DNA of 64,000 nucleotides from Hydrurus foetidus (GCA_900617105.1 UYFQ01000104.1:1-64000); one strand, 5' to 3'; shown: positions 35,376 to 64,000, counted from the stretch's first letter. Notes: a model not told the origin generated them from the sequence alone. Numbers and translations are program-made.

Positions 35376-36452
35376 GATTACTTCTTATTTCTTACGCACG
35401 ACAACACTGATAATATCTAGAGTGTCTTCCAACTTGCGCGTCAAAGTTGTCAACAGTTATAGATTGTTCCCTCTAATGAATTCTGCAGAACTGGCGACTG
35501 GAGCACGCAGTCGATACGAGAGAGCTGAAACTGAATGAGAGGGAGAGAGGAGAGAGCTGAAGAGATCAAGCTCGCTGTGATCGCTGTGATGCGATGCTGT
35601 TTCTCATTTCTGTAACGGTTTCCACTGGATATGGGATCGGATCTCAGTTCTTGGTCCGTGGTGTTGTTGGGTGACTTACTTACTTCTTATATCTCGATCT
35701 TTTAAATCTTTCGCAAGACAAGTTTTAAATGCGCTGGAAAGAAGAAGCTCATTAGCTATTCCGAAAAAATACCTTATTTCCGTATCGAGTCAGCAGTAAT
35801 TGCATGCAGAAACCTCTACGCATTTCGAGCCGTCTGAGTACCAATTAGGTTCTTTTATGCAATACAGAACGATCATTTATACTGAATTATACTGCATCCA
35901 TAGAATGTATAGTCGGACGTATTTGAGACCAAGGTAGTTGACGGTTATGACGGAAGCATCCACAATATTGTTCAGTTGTCTTCATTCATTTACTACTGAG
36001 TAATGAGATACGCCGGGATTATGCAATGTTTACCAAATGCACTTCTTAAATTTCACACCATTTTTATGGAAACTGAAAAGAAACACGATCCTCAATTTTC
36101 AAAATAAGTTTTGTACCTCATCTCTCATCATGAAAAAGTCATCGGGTTGCTAAACGAGTACATTACTGGCATAATAATGTAGCTGTATTCTCCAATAGTA
36201 GAGCCGATAATGATTCCTCCGACAAAAATTAGCGCAGAGCGCAGCAGGCCAGGTGGGTAATGAGTAATGAGAGTAAAAGAGTGTTTTCCCCGGAATTCGG
36301 TATTTTTTCTGAAAATTAAGTCTTCGATACTCACAAACAAACTCACCGTCTCATTGTCTTCTATCATTTTGATCTCATTTTATGTTAACTTCAACCACAG
36401 CAATCTCGAAGTAGGAAACATTTGCGGCAGAAAAAGCCGTCAATAAAGTCAA

Positions 36453-37061
36453 ATGACTTCAAATATGTCATCGAGAACCAATTTGAAAAAGTTGGATGGT
36501 GAAGACGACGTTAAAATCAAAGACGTTAGAATCAAAGAAGACATAACTGAGAGTAAAGGAATCCTTGAAGATTACAAAACGCTCCTGATAAACTATCCCC
36601 TCATTCTGAATGCTATTCAATCAGCGGCGATATCTAGTTGCAGTGTGCTAGTCAGTCAATATTTAGCAGGTAGATCTCAAATTGACTGGAGCGAAGTTCG
36701 GACAGTATCTTTCATTGGAGCTTTTTGGATAACACCGGTCCTCTTGGTATTTTATTCAAGGCTGCAGAGATTGCGCTTAGGGGTACTTGGGAAACTTGCA
36801 GTTGACCAATTTCTATTTTCTCCAATATTCACAACGAGTATTATTACTGCGCGAATGATTTTGTTGCGAAGGATTGAATTCTCGGACTTCCCAAAAATAT
36901 TGATGCAAACAGTACCTACAGCTGTCCTAAGCGCATGGACTTTTTGGATACCAGCTAGAGGTTTCACTCTTCTGATCGTTCCGATGCATCTTCATTTACT
37001 TGCAGGGAGCGTATTTTCCTTTATTTGGAACATTATTCTTTCTATGCTGCTCAATTCCTAA
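36453..37061 (+). CDS. Mpv17/PMP22-family membrane protein
   Basis: NYPLI...Q, KLAVDQFLFSP, WTFWIPA, VPMHL...IWNIILS; four hydrophobic segments; single exon. Confidence 0.85.
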   Translation: MTSNMSSRTNLKKLDGEDDVKIKDVRIKEDITESKGILEDYKTLLINYPLILNAIQSAAISSCSVLVSQYLAGRSQIDWSEVRTVSFIGAFWITPVLLVFYSRLQRLRLGVLGKLAVDQFLFSPIFTTSIITARMILLRRIEFSDFPKILMQTVPTAVLSAWTFWIPARGFTLLIVPMHLHLLAGSVFSFIWNIILSMLLNS

Positions 37062-37841
37062 GAATGAATTCTAAGAATTTTCTGATAGCTGGATCCTGTC
37101 TGGTTTCACAGCCAGCTTACAACAATTGGACTGTACAACACAATGTAGATACACAGCAGTGCAGTTCGCTCCCTTAAACAACACTTGGATTTCATTTCTC
37201 CCCAAGTGATCGTTCTGTCATCCTACTGTGTACAGCTGAAGTTTGACAACCTCAATTTCAGTGAAATTTTTCAGTTTCCTCCATATCTACTCTGATTAGG
37301 TGATTTCAAAAGCTGTCTTTGTGAATATAGGATAGACAAACTCGCGCTTGCTCGAGATAGATAAGAACTACATTTAGCTATACACATACGTATGTACATT
37401 TTTTGAAGCGTTACTTCATTTACGCAGATCTCTGCCCTGTAGAGATATTACCTTGTAGAGATACTAGATAATAGAGTGCATGTAATTTCTCCTCTATGCA
37501 ATTGCTCCGCATTTTTCAGATTGGATTCACGAAAAGTGGCGCATTTTTGACATTTGAAATAAATTATTTATTAAGTTTGACAGTCTTCTATTTCTGATTC
37601 GAGTAGTACAGAAATTGGAATGATTATTGTTATGATGAAGAAAACCGGTATGGATTATTTAGCACGAATTACTATCTTCTGTCGAATTGTAAGAATTGCT
37701 GCACCTCAAAGGAGAGAGAGAGATACTCTAGGAAAGACTGAATGAAGTCAGATTTGGTCAATTTTCGGCTTTCTACTAATTGGAACCCGAACACTAAAAA
37801 TAAAGAAATAAACATCAGAAATAACGAAATAACTGATCAGA

Positions 37842-39056
37842 CTAATGAGAGCTGTTTCTGGGATTGATGATAAAAGACGGAATTAGCAGGGATCTTGTAC
37901 CCTTGATTCCAGAACCTGGGTACACCCCCTTTCTGATTTGATTTGTAATAGCATCGATTGCGTCAAATCCGACTTTGTGCACTCCTACTTGGTCTTGGTG
38001 AATGTCACTTTTTAGTCCGACATCAGCACCGGTGAATAAAGGAATGTGACTGACGTATGTGGGACCTCCACCTGCATAGATGTACGTATCTGCGAATAAA
38101 CAATTTGCCAGAATACACGGAAAGTTCTTCGACCTTTGGCAGAATTTTGGATTGAATCCGTTTATTATTTTGAAACTCATCGTTCCGTTGCTCCATGTGT
38201 CGATGACATCGTCAATAAAAGGCTTGACTACTCTTTTATTGATTATATAAGCTTGAGCAGACCAGTATAAAGTTGTTTTCTTATCCGCTGTCTGTGATTT
38301 CCAATGGTTGTAAGTCCATCTATTTGATGATGACGTGTTTGATTCGAATTGTTCTCGTATATTGTTCTGCTCTGATACGCTTTTCCCCTCAAAGTGAGTA
38401 GATCCGATGTTGGAATTCGCAGTGAACGTAGACCAAAGCTGATGTAACGCCTCCTCATTCGATGTTGATAATTGTAGAATACCAAAATCTCTCGGTGCCG
38501 ACAAAATCAAAGACGTGAAGTTGAGCTGATAAATGAATTTCACATCATCTTCCATTATCAGAGCGTAGTCGGACATGTCTATCGATGATTCTCCATTATT
38601 TGAGGCATGCTTTTTATTTCTCGATCCCTTCTTCAAGTTAAGATGTCTGCCTCGATGTACATAGCTCTCATTACTGTAGACAGCTGTATGAATAGCTTTC
38701 AAGTGAGATAAAATAGTGGAAATATCCTTTTCCGTATTCCTCTTGCATGGTTTTTGCAGTTTTGTAACATTGTATGTTGGCGATGATGGAGACACAGCGA
38801 TTACTCTGCGATGCTCAAGGTTGAGAGATTCTAGATAACTTCGCATATATTGCCGTCGTAGATTGCTATCCTGGACATTAATCCAATATATGATTGGCTT
38901 GGCTTCCTGTCCGGAATCCCATCGATGGGCCCCATTTGAGACGCTGTCACTAAAGCCTGCATTTGCCAAGATGACAATCGAAATGCAGAGAATGTAAAGA
39001 ATGCTGACAGCGCCCCGCCTCCACAACTGAACTGGATCGTCTTTACAGCTGCTCAT
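37842..39056 (-). CDS. Type II membrane glycosyltransferase, family 25-like
   Basis: N-terminal TM segment, IYWINV...RRQYM, LSHLKAI, ALIMEDD, WSAQAYIIN; intronless. Confidence 0.78.
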   Translation of the reverse strand: MSSCKDDPVQLWRRGAVSILYILCISIVILANAGFSDSVSNGAHRWDSGQEAKPIIYWINVQDSNLRRQYMRSYLESLNLEHRRVIAVSPSSPTYNVTKLQKPCKRNTEKDISTILSHLKAIHTAVYSNESYVHRGRHLNLKKGSRNKKHASNNGESSIDMSDYALIMEDDVKFIYQLNFTSLILSAPRDFGILQLSTSNEEALHQLWSTFTANSNIGSTHFEGKSVSEQNNIREQFESNTSSSNRWTYNHWKSQTADKKTTLYWSAQAYIINKRVVKPFIDDVIDTWSNGTMSFKIINGFNPKFCQRSKNFPCILANCLFADTYIYAGGGPTYVSHIPLFTGADVGLKSDIHQDQVGVHKVGFDAIDAITNQIRKGVYPGSGIKGTRSLLIPSFIINPRNSSH

Positions 39057-41241
39057 TTACAAATCTTGGTAGAAGTATCGATTTCTGCTGCCAGTGTTAT
39101 TCTGACACGCGACGAAGTTGAGAGCTCCTGCTGTAATTCATGTGAGGACTACGATTCACTTCGATCGCATCAGGGCAAGAATCGCATCCAAGTCGGTGCT
39201 ATAGAAGTGATCGATTTTTTGCCCGTTGCCGCTGCCTTTCTCGTTTTCTCCTCTAGTCTCGTCTTCTCCTCACGTCGGATCCTCTACAAGACTCAGTTCA
39301 CTCCAAAAACTTCTCGTGAGTCCCATGAAGCTGTTACGGTACGAGCTGTCAGAACAGTTGAGTTGGTTGCAGGATTCAATTGCGTTGCCGTTTCGCTTCG
39401 TTTTGACAGTTGCGTTCGAGTTCCCAGCACTGAAATGACAGATATCTGTACCGAAATTTGATCATTTTCGACACCGCACTGTTTAGGACATTCTACAAGA
39501 CGGTTGAATCTTAAAATAGTCATCTTACGACTCCCTTTCATACTTTCATGATATAGTATCGTCATTTGCAATTTACAATCTTTCGAACCATGTTTCCTCT
39601 CAAATGGAATAATATAAAATAGAAATGATATAAAATGTAAAATAAAGTTCGTTCACTGCCCTTTCGCTGCCCTCACTTTTTCCAAGATTTCTCTGTAGAG
39701 ATATTGAAAAAGAAATGTTTCAGAATGGATGGTGGAGAAACGAAATATTCATGAAATGATAATTATACGAAAGAAATAGAATGGCTGTGTAAAATAAGAG
39801 TAAGAAACGATGTGAGATAAGTTCGTTCGTGCGCAAAAAGAGGTATAAACAGGGACAAGGCATCATGTTATGCGCAACAGAAAATGTTGTTCGTCAGAAT
39901 GGCCGATGAGTGGTATGCCACACAGCAGCACAACGCATGCACAGACAGACATAGACAGCTGTATGAATAGCTTTCAAGTGAGATAAAATAGTGGAAATAT
40001 CCTTTTCCGTATTCCTCTTGCATGGTTTTTGCAGTTTTGTCACATTGTATGTTGGCGATGATGGAGACACAGCGATTACTCTGCGATGCTCAAGGTTGAG
40101 AGATTCTAGATAACTTCGCATATATTGCCGTCGTAGATTGCTATCCTGGACATTAATCCAATATATGATTGGCTTGGCTTCCTGTCCGGAATCCCATCGA
40201 TGGGCCCCATTTGAGACGCTGTCACTAAAGCCTGCATTTGCCAAGATGACAATCGAAATGCAGAGAATGTAAAGAATGCTGACAGCGCCCCGCCTCCACA
40301 ACTGAACTGGATCGTCTTTACAGCTGCTCATTTACAAATCTTGGTAGAAGTATCGATTTCTGCTGCCAGTGTTATTCTGACACGCGACGAAGTTGAGAGC
40401 TCCTGCTGTAATTCATGTGAGGACTACGATTCACTTCGATCGCATCAGGGCAAGAATCGCATCCAAGTCGGTGCTATAGAAGTGATCGATTTTTTGCCCG
40501 TTGCCGCTGCCTTTCTCGTTTTCTCCTCTAGTCTCGTCTTCTCCTCACGTCGGATCCTCTACAAGACTCAGTTCACTCCAAAAACTTCTCGTGAGTCCCA
40601 TGAAGCTGTTACGGTACGAGCTGTCAGAACAGTTGAGTTGGTTACAGGATTCAATTGCGTTGCCGTTTCGCTTCGTTTTGACAGTTGCGTTCGAGTTCCC
40701 AGCACTGAAATGACAGATATCTGTACCGAAATTTGATCATTTTCGACACCGCACTGTATATAGAGGACATTCTACAAGACGGTTGAATCTTAGAATAGTC
40801 ATCTTACGACTCCATTTCATACTTTCATGACACAGAATCATCATTTACAATTTACAATCTTTCGAACCATGTTTCCTCTCAAATGGAATAATATAAAATA
40901 GAAATGATATGAAATGTAAAATAAAGTTCGTTCACTGCCTTTTCGCTGCCCTCACTTTTTCCAAGATTTCTCTGTAGAGATATTGAAAAAGAAATGTTTC
41001 AGAATGGATGGTGGAGAAACGAAATATTCATGAAATGATAATTATACGAAAGAAATAGAATGGCTGTGTAAAATAAGAGTAAGAAACGATGTGAGATAAG
41101 TTCGCGCGCAAAAATTGGAATGAACAGGGACAAGGCAGCATGCCATGCGCAACGGAAAATGTTGTTCATCAAAATGGCATCTTATTCTCAGCCGATGAGT
41201 GGTATGCCACACAGCAGCACATCGCATGCACAGACAGACAT
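38677..41241. repeat. Tandem duplication, unit about 1275 bp (38677-39951 and 39952-~41241)
   Basis: Offset of 1275 over the coding part; indels toward the right end. Confidence 0.95.
39894..40331 (-). pseudogene. 3'-truncated copy of the GT25-like gene
   Basis: Identical to the full protein up to IHTAVY, then 18 unrelated residues. Lacks the EDD motif. Confidence 0.88.
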
Positions 41242-41499
41242 GGATGAGATATGTTATGGTGGTGCATACACACAATGACACGGATCAATAGAATAGTCGA
41301 CCATTTATCGTGACGTCATCAGCAACTAAGTAGGAGCTGATGTATACGGATACATACGTATGTACTAATACTGATATATACATCATGTATGCATACTGAT
41401 GTACTGATATTCACCCGTACGTACGCACATACTGACACATATGAGCACATCAGAATGTGTATGATGAATACGAGCATGTACATACATACGTTCGAAGTA

Positions 41500-57417
<15,918 letters not shown>

Positions 57418-58957
57418 GTTGTATCCTAGATAAACAAAAGAACGAGAAACGATAAAAATTAAAAAACTGAAGTGAAAAGTAAGACAACGTGACAACAAAC
57501 CGGAAGAAAGCAGTGGTCAAAAATAGGTGCAAAACTCTAGTAACGATATCTGTGCTAGCTTACCACAAACAAAAGATCGAAAAATAAGGCGGTGAATGTT
57601 ACTTAGGAATGTAATCTTTGTTAAATATGGATGGCCGAGTAATAATCCACGCACCTAAGTTGCAGCAAAGTGTGGTCTTGAAGCACGATAGGAAAGAATG
57701 TTCTGGAGAAACCCTGAATAATAGTTTATCAATGATACGAATAAATTAGTTGTTTTTTGTATTGAACATTTGAGAAAAAGATAGCGAAGGAATTCATAAT
57801 GACAAAATAATCGGAAAATGTGGTCAAAATGCAGCATCTCAGCTTACTACCGAAACAGCTGCTACTGAAAGTTATCACTCAATTCCTTTTCTCACAAGAA
57901 TAAGGAAGTGAGGGAAACACTTAACATAGATATACATATCTCCAACTATTTGTTGTCACTTTTTGGAACACTTTTTGATCAAACGTCACTGCTTACAAAA
58001 TTGCTTTTATGACAAATACATCATCTGTACTATTGAGGAGAAATTCATCTTCTCCATTTGCAGCTGATATCACTCAGCGCCCAGAACATTGAAGGAGTAT
58101 TTTATAACTGCGCGGTTGGATCAAATGAATGACTGTACCAGAATTCGGATTGCTGCTGAGCTATTTGTTTAGCATCCTAAGTATCTCAAACATGCCCCAT
58201 TGCAAACTAAGCAAATGCGGGGTAAGGAATTCTCTGGAAAATTTGATTCAGTCGTTGATAAACTCTTACATGTGATCAAAAGTAGCTGGTGCTGGAGCTG
58301 TATTGCTGTGGGGTTTCTCATTAGTGCGCTCCAACTCTGGTCCCCGATCTCTCATTTGTAGTGATTGAATATGCGGTCCATCGCTGTCTGATCGTCGACC
58401 TCTTAAGATTCGTGATCGAGCTGTTGCCTGCAGTATAAATTACAGTGGATAAACATCGTGCAAAGACTCCAAAAGCGCGATCCGCTGCAATCCACGGCTT
58501 CTATCATTGAATACTGTAGATGATCGCATTGAATGGTATGATGCCATTAATTCACCTTTGGACTCTGTTCGCTCGCATCAGTCATGGTGACAGAAATAAC
58601 CTGCCAACAGGTAGACCGAGTGCAGAATTCAGTTCAAAAATCAATCTATCCTGTTGGTATGATCAAGACATGATGACTACAGACTACGGTACAGGTACAG
58701 CATGTTCCACAGCAAGAAGTTGTTGTTTTCAAAGTAACGGATTGATAAGACAGCGTTTACCAATTTACCGTAATATTCCGTGATTTTGAGAGCACAAAAT
58801 CTCTCCCCGATTCAAAAACCGTGTTTAGGGCTCTCATTCGGTAGTATATTCATTGAAATAAGTACTGGTGATGGAGAGTGCTTCAACTTCTTGACGGAGG
58901 GAAGATGAGGATTAGATAGTATCACTCCAGCGTCACATTCTCTCATTATTGAGAACA

Positions 58958-60656
58958 ATGAGCATACCTGGATTGGGATGGTCAACTCCAACGCCAGCTT
59001 TTCAGCTGGGTGCAAAAAAAACTCTATCAATTCCGATGACACTACATGCTGCAGCACGTATAAAAGTAAGAGGGGGCTTCGATAAGCTAGGTATAAAAAA
59101 AGGTATCTGCTTCTTCACAGGAGGAGATCAAATGAATCAGTACGACACTGATATCGAGATTCTCTTCCGGTAAACTCCGTCACTTACAGATTAACTGCCG
59201 GCGCACCGAATCTCACTTGACAACCATAACTTTTATTCAATTCACCGATACAATCTGGCTCAGTCAGGACTCATGGTTTAACTATGTTTTCGGTGTTAAA
59301 GAAGGCGGATTTTTTGGTGCGATAACGCTGAAATCGAGGAAAACCACGCTGTTCATACCGAGACACGATGCTGAATATGAAATTTGGTGTGGTAAAATAT
59401 ACCCTCCGAGCTATTTCAGAGACCTGTATGATGTGGACGACGTCTTTTACTGTGACGATGTCCACACGTGGCTGACAGCAACATTAGAGGCAGAGGGAGA
59501 GGATGCGAAGGTCCATGTCATGAAAGGTGTGAATACTGACTCAGGATTATCCTGCGCACCGTCTAAGTTCGAAGGATCGGTTGAACTACGCGATGCTGAC
59601 AAACTGTGCGAGGATCACCTCTTCAATATAGTGGCTACAGCTAGAGTGACAAAATTGGATAGCGAGATAGTTGCCATGTGGTACAGTTCCTGGGTAGCTA
59701 GTAACGCTCATGTGGAGGTGATGAGAAGCACGAAGGCGGGTATGGTGGAATACGAATTAGAGGCTCGCTTTCTGTATGAAATATATAAAAACGGGGGATG
59801 CAGAAAATGTGCATATACATCTATTTGCGCATGCGGTCCTAACAATGCGATACTGCACTATGGGCATGCTGGTGCTCCTAATGACCGAGTGCTGTTGGAA
59901 AGTGACATGGCACTGCTGGACATGGGAGCTGACTACCACGGATACGTCTCCGACATCACATGCTCCTTCCCAGTGTCAGGCACCTTCAGTGCTGATCAAA
60001 GGGTCATATTTGAAGGTGTTCTGGCAGCGCAGAGGGCTGTGCTAGGTGCCATGACACCTGGCGCCTCTTGGGTTGACTGTCACAAGTTGGCTGAGAGAGA
60101 AATACTAAAAGCCCTCCAAACAGCACAGATTGTGAAGAGCGATTTCTCAATCGATGAACTAGCGGATGCTGGCATAGGAGGAGTATTCTTCCCACATGGA
60201 CTAGGCCATCTTATCGGTCTTGACACACATGATGTAGGGGGCTATTTAACGGACACACCGCTGAGACCGACGGGTATTGGAGGGATGAAGAAGCTCAGAA
60301 CAGCCCGCGTACTTGAAGTGGGAATGGTGCTGACTAACGAGCCTGGATGCTACTTCATCGATGCATTGATTAAATCCGCACTGATTGATCCGTTGAAGTT
60401 GAAGTATTTGAATGAGAATGTTCTTTGTCGGTTTAAGGGGTTTGGAGGGATGCGTCTTGAAGACGTTGTTCTGGTCACATCCACAGGTCCGGTTAATCTC
60501 ACAACGTGTCCTCGGACTGTTAATGAAATTGAGGGGGTCATTGCGGGCGGGCCTTGGCCCCCCCTATTCGATGATGCACCTTATTTGTTCCGAAGATGGG
60601 GCCATCTAGCCTCGGGGGGCACGGGAATGATTGAAACTAAACTACCTTCATCTTAA
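58958..60656 (+). CDS. PEPD: Xaa-Pro dipeptidase (prolidase, M24B); intron 59170-59263
   Basis: YDTD...FR^QDSWFNYVFGV, AILHYGHAGAPND, LDMGADYHGYVSDIT, PHGLGHLIGLDTHDVG, LRTARVL, EPGCYF, GGMRLED. Confidence 0.96.
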
Positions 60657-60669
60657 TTAAAAATACATA

Positions 60670-61031
60670 CCGTCGAGTGCCCTTTGTTTGTCCTCAAATG
60701 TGGTATTACGGTTTTTTATTTTCTTCGATATCAGCCAAAATATGATCATTTTTGCACGTTTCAAGAGTAGCAGTGAAGCGCAACTCAACTTTCTTCGAGA
60801 ACTGTCAACTTTGGGATACGTGAGACATTATGATCTTGATAGATCTTGTAACTGATCTTTGGCTCAGCAGCTATTCCAGTTCAAAATCGCCCATTTTGGA
60901 GCGAAAACAGTGATTTTGATAGAGGTCAAAATTTCCCACATGAAAACGGGGAGAAAGTTTTCCGTGATTTTCAGTGTATTTCCGATAAATCCTAATACCA
61001 CATTTGAGGACAAACAAAGGGCACTCGACGG
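60670..61031. mobile_element. pogo-type MITE (362 bp)
   Basis: 39-bp perfect TIRs CCGTCGAGTGCCCTTTGTTTGTCCTCAAATGTGGTATTA with TA TSD. Confidence 0.96.
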
Positions 61032-61439
61032 TACTGTAATGATTGCGATACCAAATATTTAAAAAATCTATTCAAATATTTTCCTTACATTTTATGAATG
61101 GTCATTACCGCAATTGTAGTATACATCTCAAAGTCAGCTGGAGAAAATACAAAATACTGTACATGTTGGGTGTCCAGCAGTTTTCCGTATTTTGTATTTT
61201 TGGCAGACGGTTTCGCGCTGCGCCAAACTGAAGTTATCAAGTAGGTAGTCAAATGTTCCTCATTTAAAATGCAAATCATTCCATCCACAATCATTTCTCT
61301 TGGCTCAGGCCAACGTCGAGTCTTAAGGAATCACGCTGTGGATGAAATCGTCAATATCCAAGTATCCTACTCGATGAGAAAGAAAGAATAACAGAGAAGC
61401 TTTCTCGAGTGAAGTCATCTGCAAGGGGAGTGCAAAATC

Positions 61440-64000
61440 ATGTCGCTACTAGCTCGCCATAGATTTATACTTGGCCGCCTCAGTGAAGTCTTCAACTTCC
61501 TGGATGAGCAGTCTATAGAAAAGATGATGCTTGCCGCGGAAGTGTTGCAGGCAATAAGCGAATTTTTTGCTGCAGACGGACCCACAAAAATTATTTTCGC
61601 AGTTGGTGTCGAAGTAGAGGCAAAGGATCTCGACAGTAGCAGCAAATCTCGTCCAAAAACTACATCTGTTCCGGTTGGAGAGAAAAGATTGAGAGTTTAC
61701 TTTGACGAAGTGGATCAGTTACCTCATACAGCTGTTTATTTCATGAAAACAAAACGAGGAGGACAAAATCTTTCCATAGATGCCACCAAAGTTGACGACG
61801 GATCTTTGTCTTTCGGAGTTGTTCGTGGGGCCTTGGAGTCATTGGATGCTCTTATCAGGAACGTATATCATCCTATGTTTCAGGAGATGGGCACGGAGCG
61901 GTGGGGAGAAGCTTCTTCGGAACAACGAAACGAATTCCTAGTGAGCGTGGACATGTTCTCAAAAGGACTGGAGAACAGCATACGCAATCTAAGAGGAGGA
62001 ATAGAGCTCTCTAAACCTGATGAAAGAGTTGAGATGTTTGGAGCTGCTGCAGCGGGAGATCAAGAGTTGGTGGTGAAGAGTTTAAACCTTCTCAATGACT
62101 GGTGTAGGAGCATCGAAGAATATCTTGATGACAGTGACAGGAGCCGATGGGAATCAGCAGACTCTGGACCAGACACAGAACTACACTTCTGGAAGAGCAG
62201 AACGCAGAGACTCGCTTCAATCACAGAGCAACTGAAGAATAGAAGTGTTAAATCGGTTGTTTCTCTTCTTTCTACTGTGGCACGACCGTCTGGTATTTCC
62301 AATAATAACTCACAAGAAACGCTAGTAGACGCGCACAGAGTTATATCGATGCTTGTACAGTGGAAGGAAATAGATGTGCAGATTACTGAGGCTGCAAATG
62401 AGGCGAAAGATAATGTGAAATATCTGTCTACTTTGGAAAGATTTTTCGATACTTTATACGGCAGGGATCCAGTCGCTATAATCGACACTCTTCCCGCTCT
62501 GGTAAATGCTGTCAGAATGATACACACAATAGCGAGATATTACGGTACAACGGAGAGAATAACACGGCTATTTATGAAGTTATCAAATCAGATGATAACT
62601 GCTTGCAAATTAGCGATAAACGGAAAGGACTCGCCTGACAGATTGTGGGAAAAAGATCTGCCCACACTACTCGAAGTGATTGAAAAATGTCTCCAGTTGA
62701 ATGAAGGATATCAAGATCAATATCGGAGCATAAAAGAAAGAATGATGCAATCCTCAAAAGGAAAACAATTTGATTTTTCAGAGACACAAATATTCGGTAA
62801 ATTTGATTTATTTTGCCGCAGATTGATCAAGTTGATGGACATGTTCAGCACGATGCAGCAATTCAGAAGTCTGTCGGAACAGAAGTTCGAAGGACTGGAG
62901 CCGTTGCTGGTAACTTTCGAGGAGTACTTGAAAGTCTTCAGAGAAAAAGGGCACGATTTACTGGACTACCACAGTAACCGATTTGATCGAGATTTCGTAG
63001 ATTTCAACGTTAAAATGAACGAATTAGAGCGGAGTCTGCAGAGATTCATCAACCGGTCATTTGAGAATATGGGCAGCATTGATCAGTCACTTTCGTTGCT
63101 GAAGAAATATCAAGCCATTTTGAACAGGGAAAACATCCGAAGTGACTTGGAATCGAAACTGTCCGTCATATTCAATAATTACGGATTGGAATTGAACAGA
63201 GTGAAGCAGATATACGAGAAATACAAACATGACCCACCTATCAATCGCAACATGCCGCCAGTTGCAGGTAACATCGCGTGGGCACGACACTTGTTGAAGA
63301 GGGTGGAAGATCCGATGTTGAGATTTCAAGGAAATAGTGCGGTTCTTGGATCGAAAGATTCCAAAAAAATAGTGCGAGCGTACAACAAAGTTGCACGTAC
63401 GTTGATTGCGTTTGAGTATTTGTGGTATGAAGCGTGGTGTGCGAGTGTGGAGGAAGCTAAAGCAGGGTTACAAGCGACACTGGTAATTAGACACCCAGAA
63501 ACAGGGAGACTCTACGTTAACTTTGACAAAGAAATATTCCAATTGATCAGAGAGGCGAAGTGTTTAGTGAAATTAGACGTAGTCATTCCTGACGGAGCAA
63601 AAATGATTTTACTGCAAGAAGAGAAATTCAAATCTTACTATCACGATTTGAAATACATGTTGAGCGAGTACGAGAGAGTGACGAAGAGTGTAATACCAAT
63701 TACTCAGAAGTTGCTACTGCCTCACCTGAGGACCATGGAACTCAAGTTGCGACCAGGTATGGTGACGCTCACCTGGACCAGCATGAATATCGATGCTTAC
63801 AAGAGCCACATCCATGACGGGTTAAGCCGATTGGAGGAGTTGGTGTCGAAAGTGAACGACATTGTCGTGACCAGAATACAGAAGAATCTCAAACAAATAT
63901 CAAGATCGCTACTGATAGTGCTGCCTCTCGACAGAACCATCACATTAGATGAGTTCGTGAGTATGGAAGAGACGTGTGTGCGCAACACCACTATCCAGTT
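61440..64000 (+). CDS. Axonemal outer-arm dynein heavy chain, gamma type (DNAH5/DNAH8-like), N-terminal part; continues beyond the window
   Basis: Open frame from MSLLARHRFILGRL; GPDTELHFWK, ITEAANEAKDNVKYLSTLE, RNMPPVAGNIAWARHL, AGLQATLVIRHP, LYVNFD. Missing from the ORF track because no stop falls in the window. Confidence 0.93.
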   Translation, partial: MSLLARHRFILGRLSEVFNFLDEQSIEKMMLAAEVLQAISEFFAADGPTKIIFAVGVEVEAKDLDSSSKSRPKTTSVPVGEKRLRVYFDEVDQLPHTAVYFMKTKRGGQNLSIDATKVDDGSLSFGVVRGALESLDALIRNVYHPMFQEMGTERWGEASSEQRNEFLVSVDMFSKGLENSIRNLRGGIELSKPDERVEMFGAAAAGDQELVVKSLNLLNDWCRSIEEYLDDSDRSRWESADSGPDTELHFWKSRTQRLASITEQLKNRSVKSVVSLLSTVARPSGISNNNSQETLVDAHRVISMLVQWKEIDVQITEAANEAKDNVKYLSTLERFFDTLYGRDPVAIIDTLPALVNAVRMIHTIARYYGTTERITRLFMKLSNQMITACKLAINGKDSPDRLWEKDLPTLLEVIEKCLQLNEGYQDQYRSIKERMMQSSKGKQFDFSETQIFGKFDLFCRRLIKLMDMFSTMQQFRSLSEQKFEGLEPLLVTFEEYLKVFREKGHDLLDYHSNRFDRDFVDFNVKMNELERSLQRFINRSFENMGSIDQSLSLLKKYQAILNRENIRSDLESKLSVIFNNYGLELNRVKQIYEKYKHDPPINRNMPPVAGNIAWARHLLKRVEDPMLRFQGNSAVLGSKDSKKIVRAYNKVARTLIAFEYLWYEAWCASVEEAKAGLQATLVIRHPETGRLYVNFDKEIFQLIREAKCLVKLDVVIPDGAKMILLQEEKFKSYYHDLKYMLSEYERVTKSVIPITQKLLLPHLRTMELKLRPGMVTLTWTSMNIDAYKSHIHDGLSRLEELVSKVNDIVVTRIQKNLKQISRSLLIVLPLDRTITLDEFVSMEETCVRNTTIQ

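Noticed and set aside
39066..39461. 131-aa ORF repeated at 40341-40736
   Set aside because: Non-ATG start and no recognisable motif; repeated only because of the tandem duplication.
57430..58200. Further exon-like segments upstream of the AHI1 start
   Set aside because: Splice-like signals exist, but no convincing coding frame; may be a spliced 5' UTR.
62060..63991. Minus-strand ORFs over the dynein gene, and similar shadow ORFs over transposases and PEPD
   Set aside because: Antisense shadows of well-supported coding sequences.

Overview
Eukaryotic genomic DNA with GT-AG introns and the standard code. It is probably from a flagellated protist, likely a stramenopile (inferred from diatom CoDi-like Copia elements and three ciliary genes). 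About 1-30 kb is a nested transposon island: three co-oriented LTR retroelements (two decayed Ty1/Copia, one with a CCCH-finger gag), two pogo-type DD35D elements, two PIF/Harbinger elements and an intact hAT with a perfect 8-bp TSD. It ends in a 2-kb duplication that copies the 5' part of an EngB/YihA GTPase gene. About 30-64 kb is host genes: EngB GTPase, RSPH9, an Mpv17/PMP22 protein, a GT25-like glycosyltransferase with a partial tandem duplicate, a 16-kb microsatellite-rich AHI1/jouberin-like gene, prolidase, and the 5' part of an outer-arm dynein heavy chain, plus several MITEs. The most unexpected signal is a 90-nt non-coding element, conserved block-wise with exact spacing, in the accessory-gene introns of both highly diverged Harbinger elements (14758-14847 and 23230-23319), although the introns sit at different protein positions. 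All calls were made by eye, without database searches.
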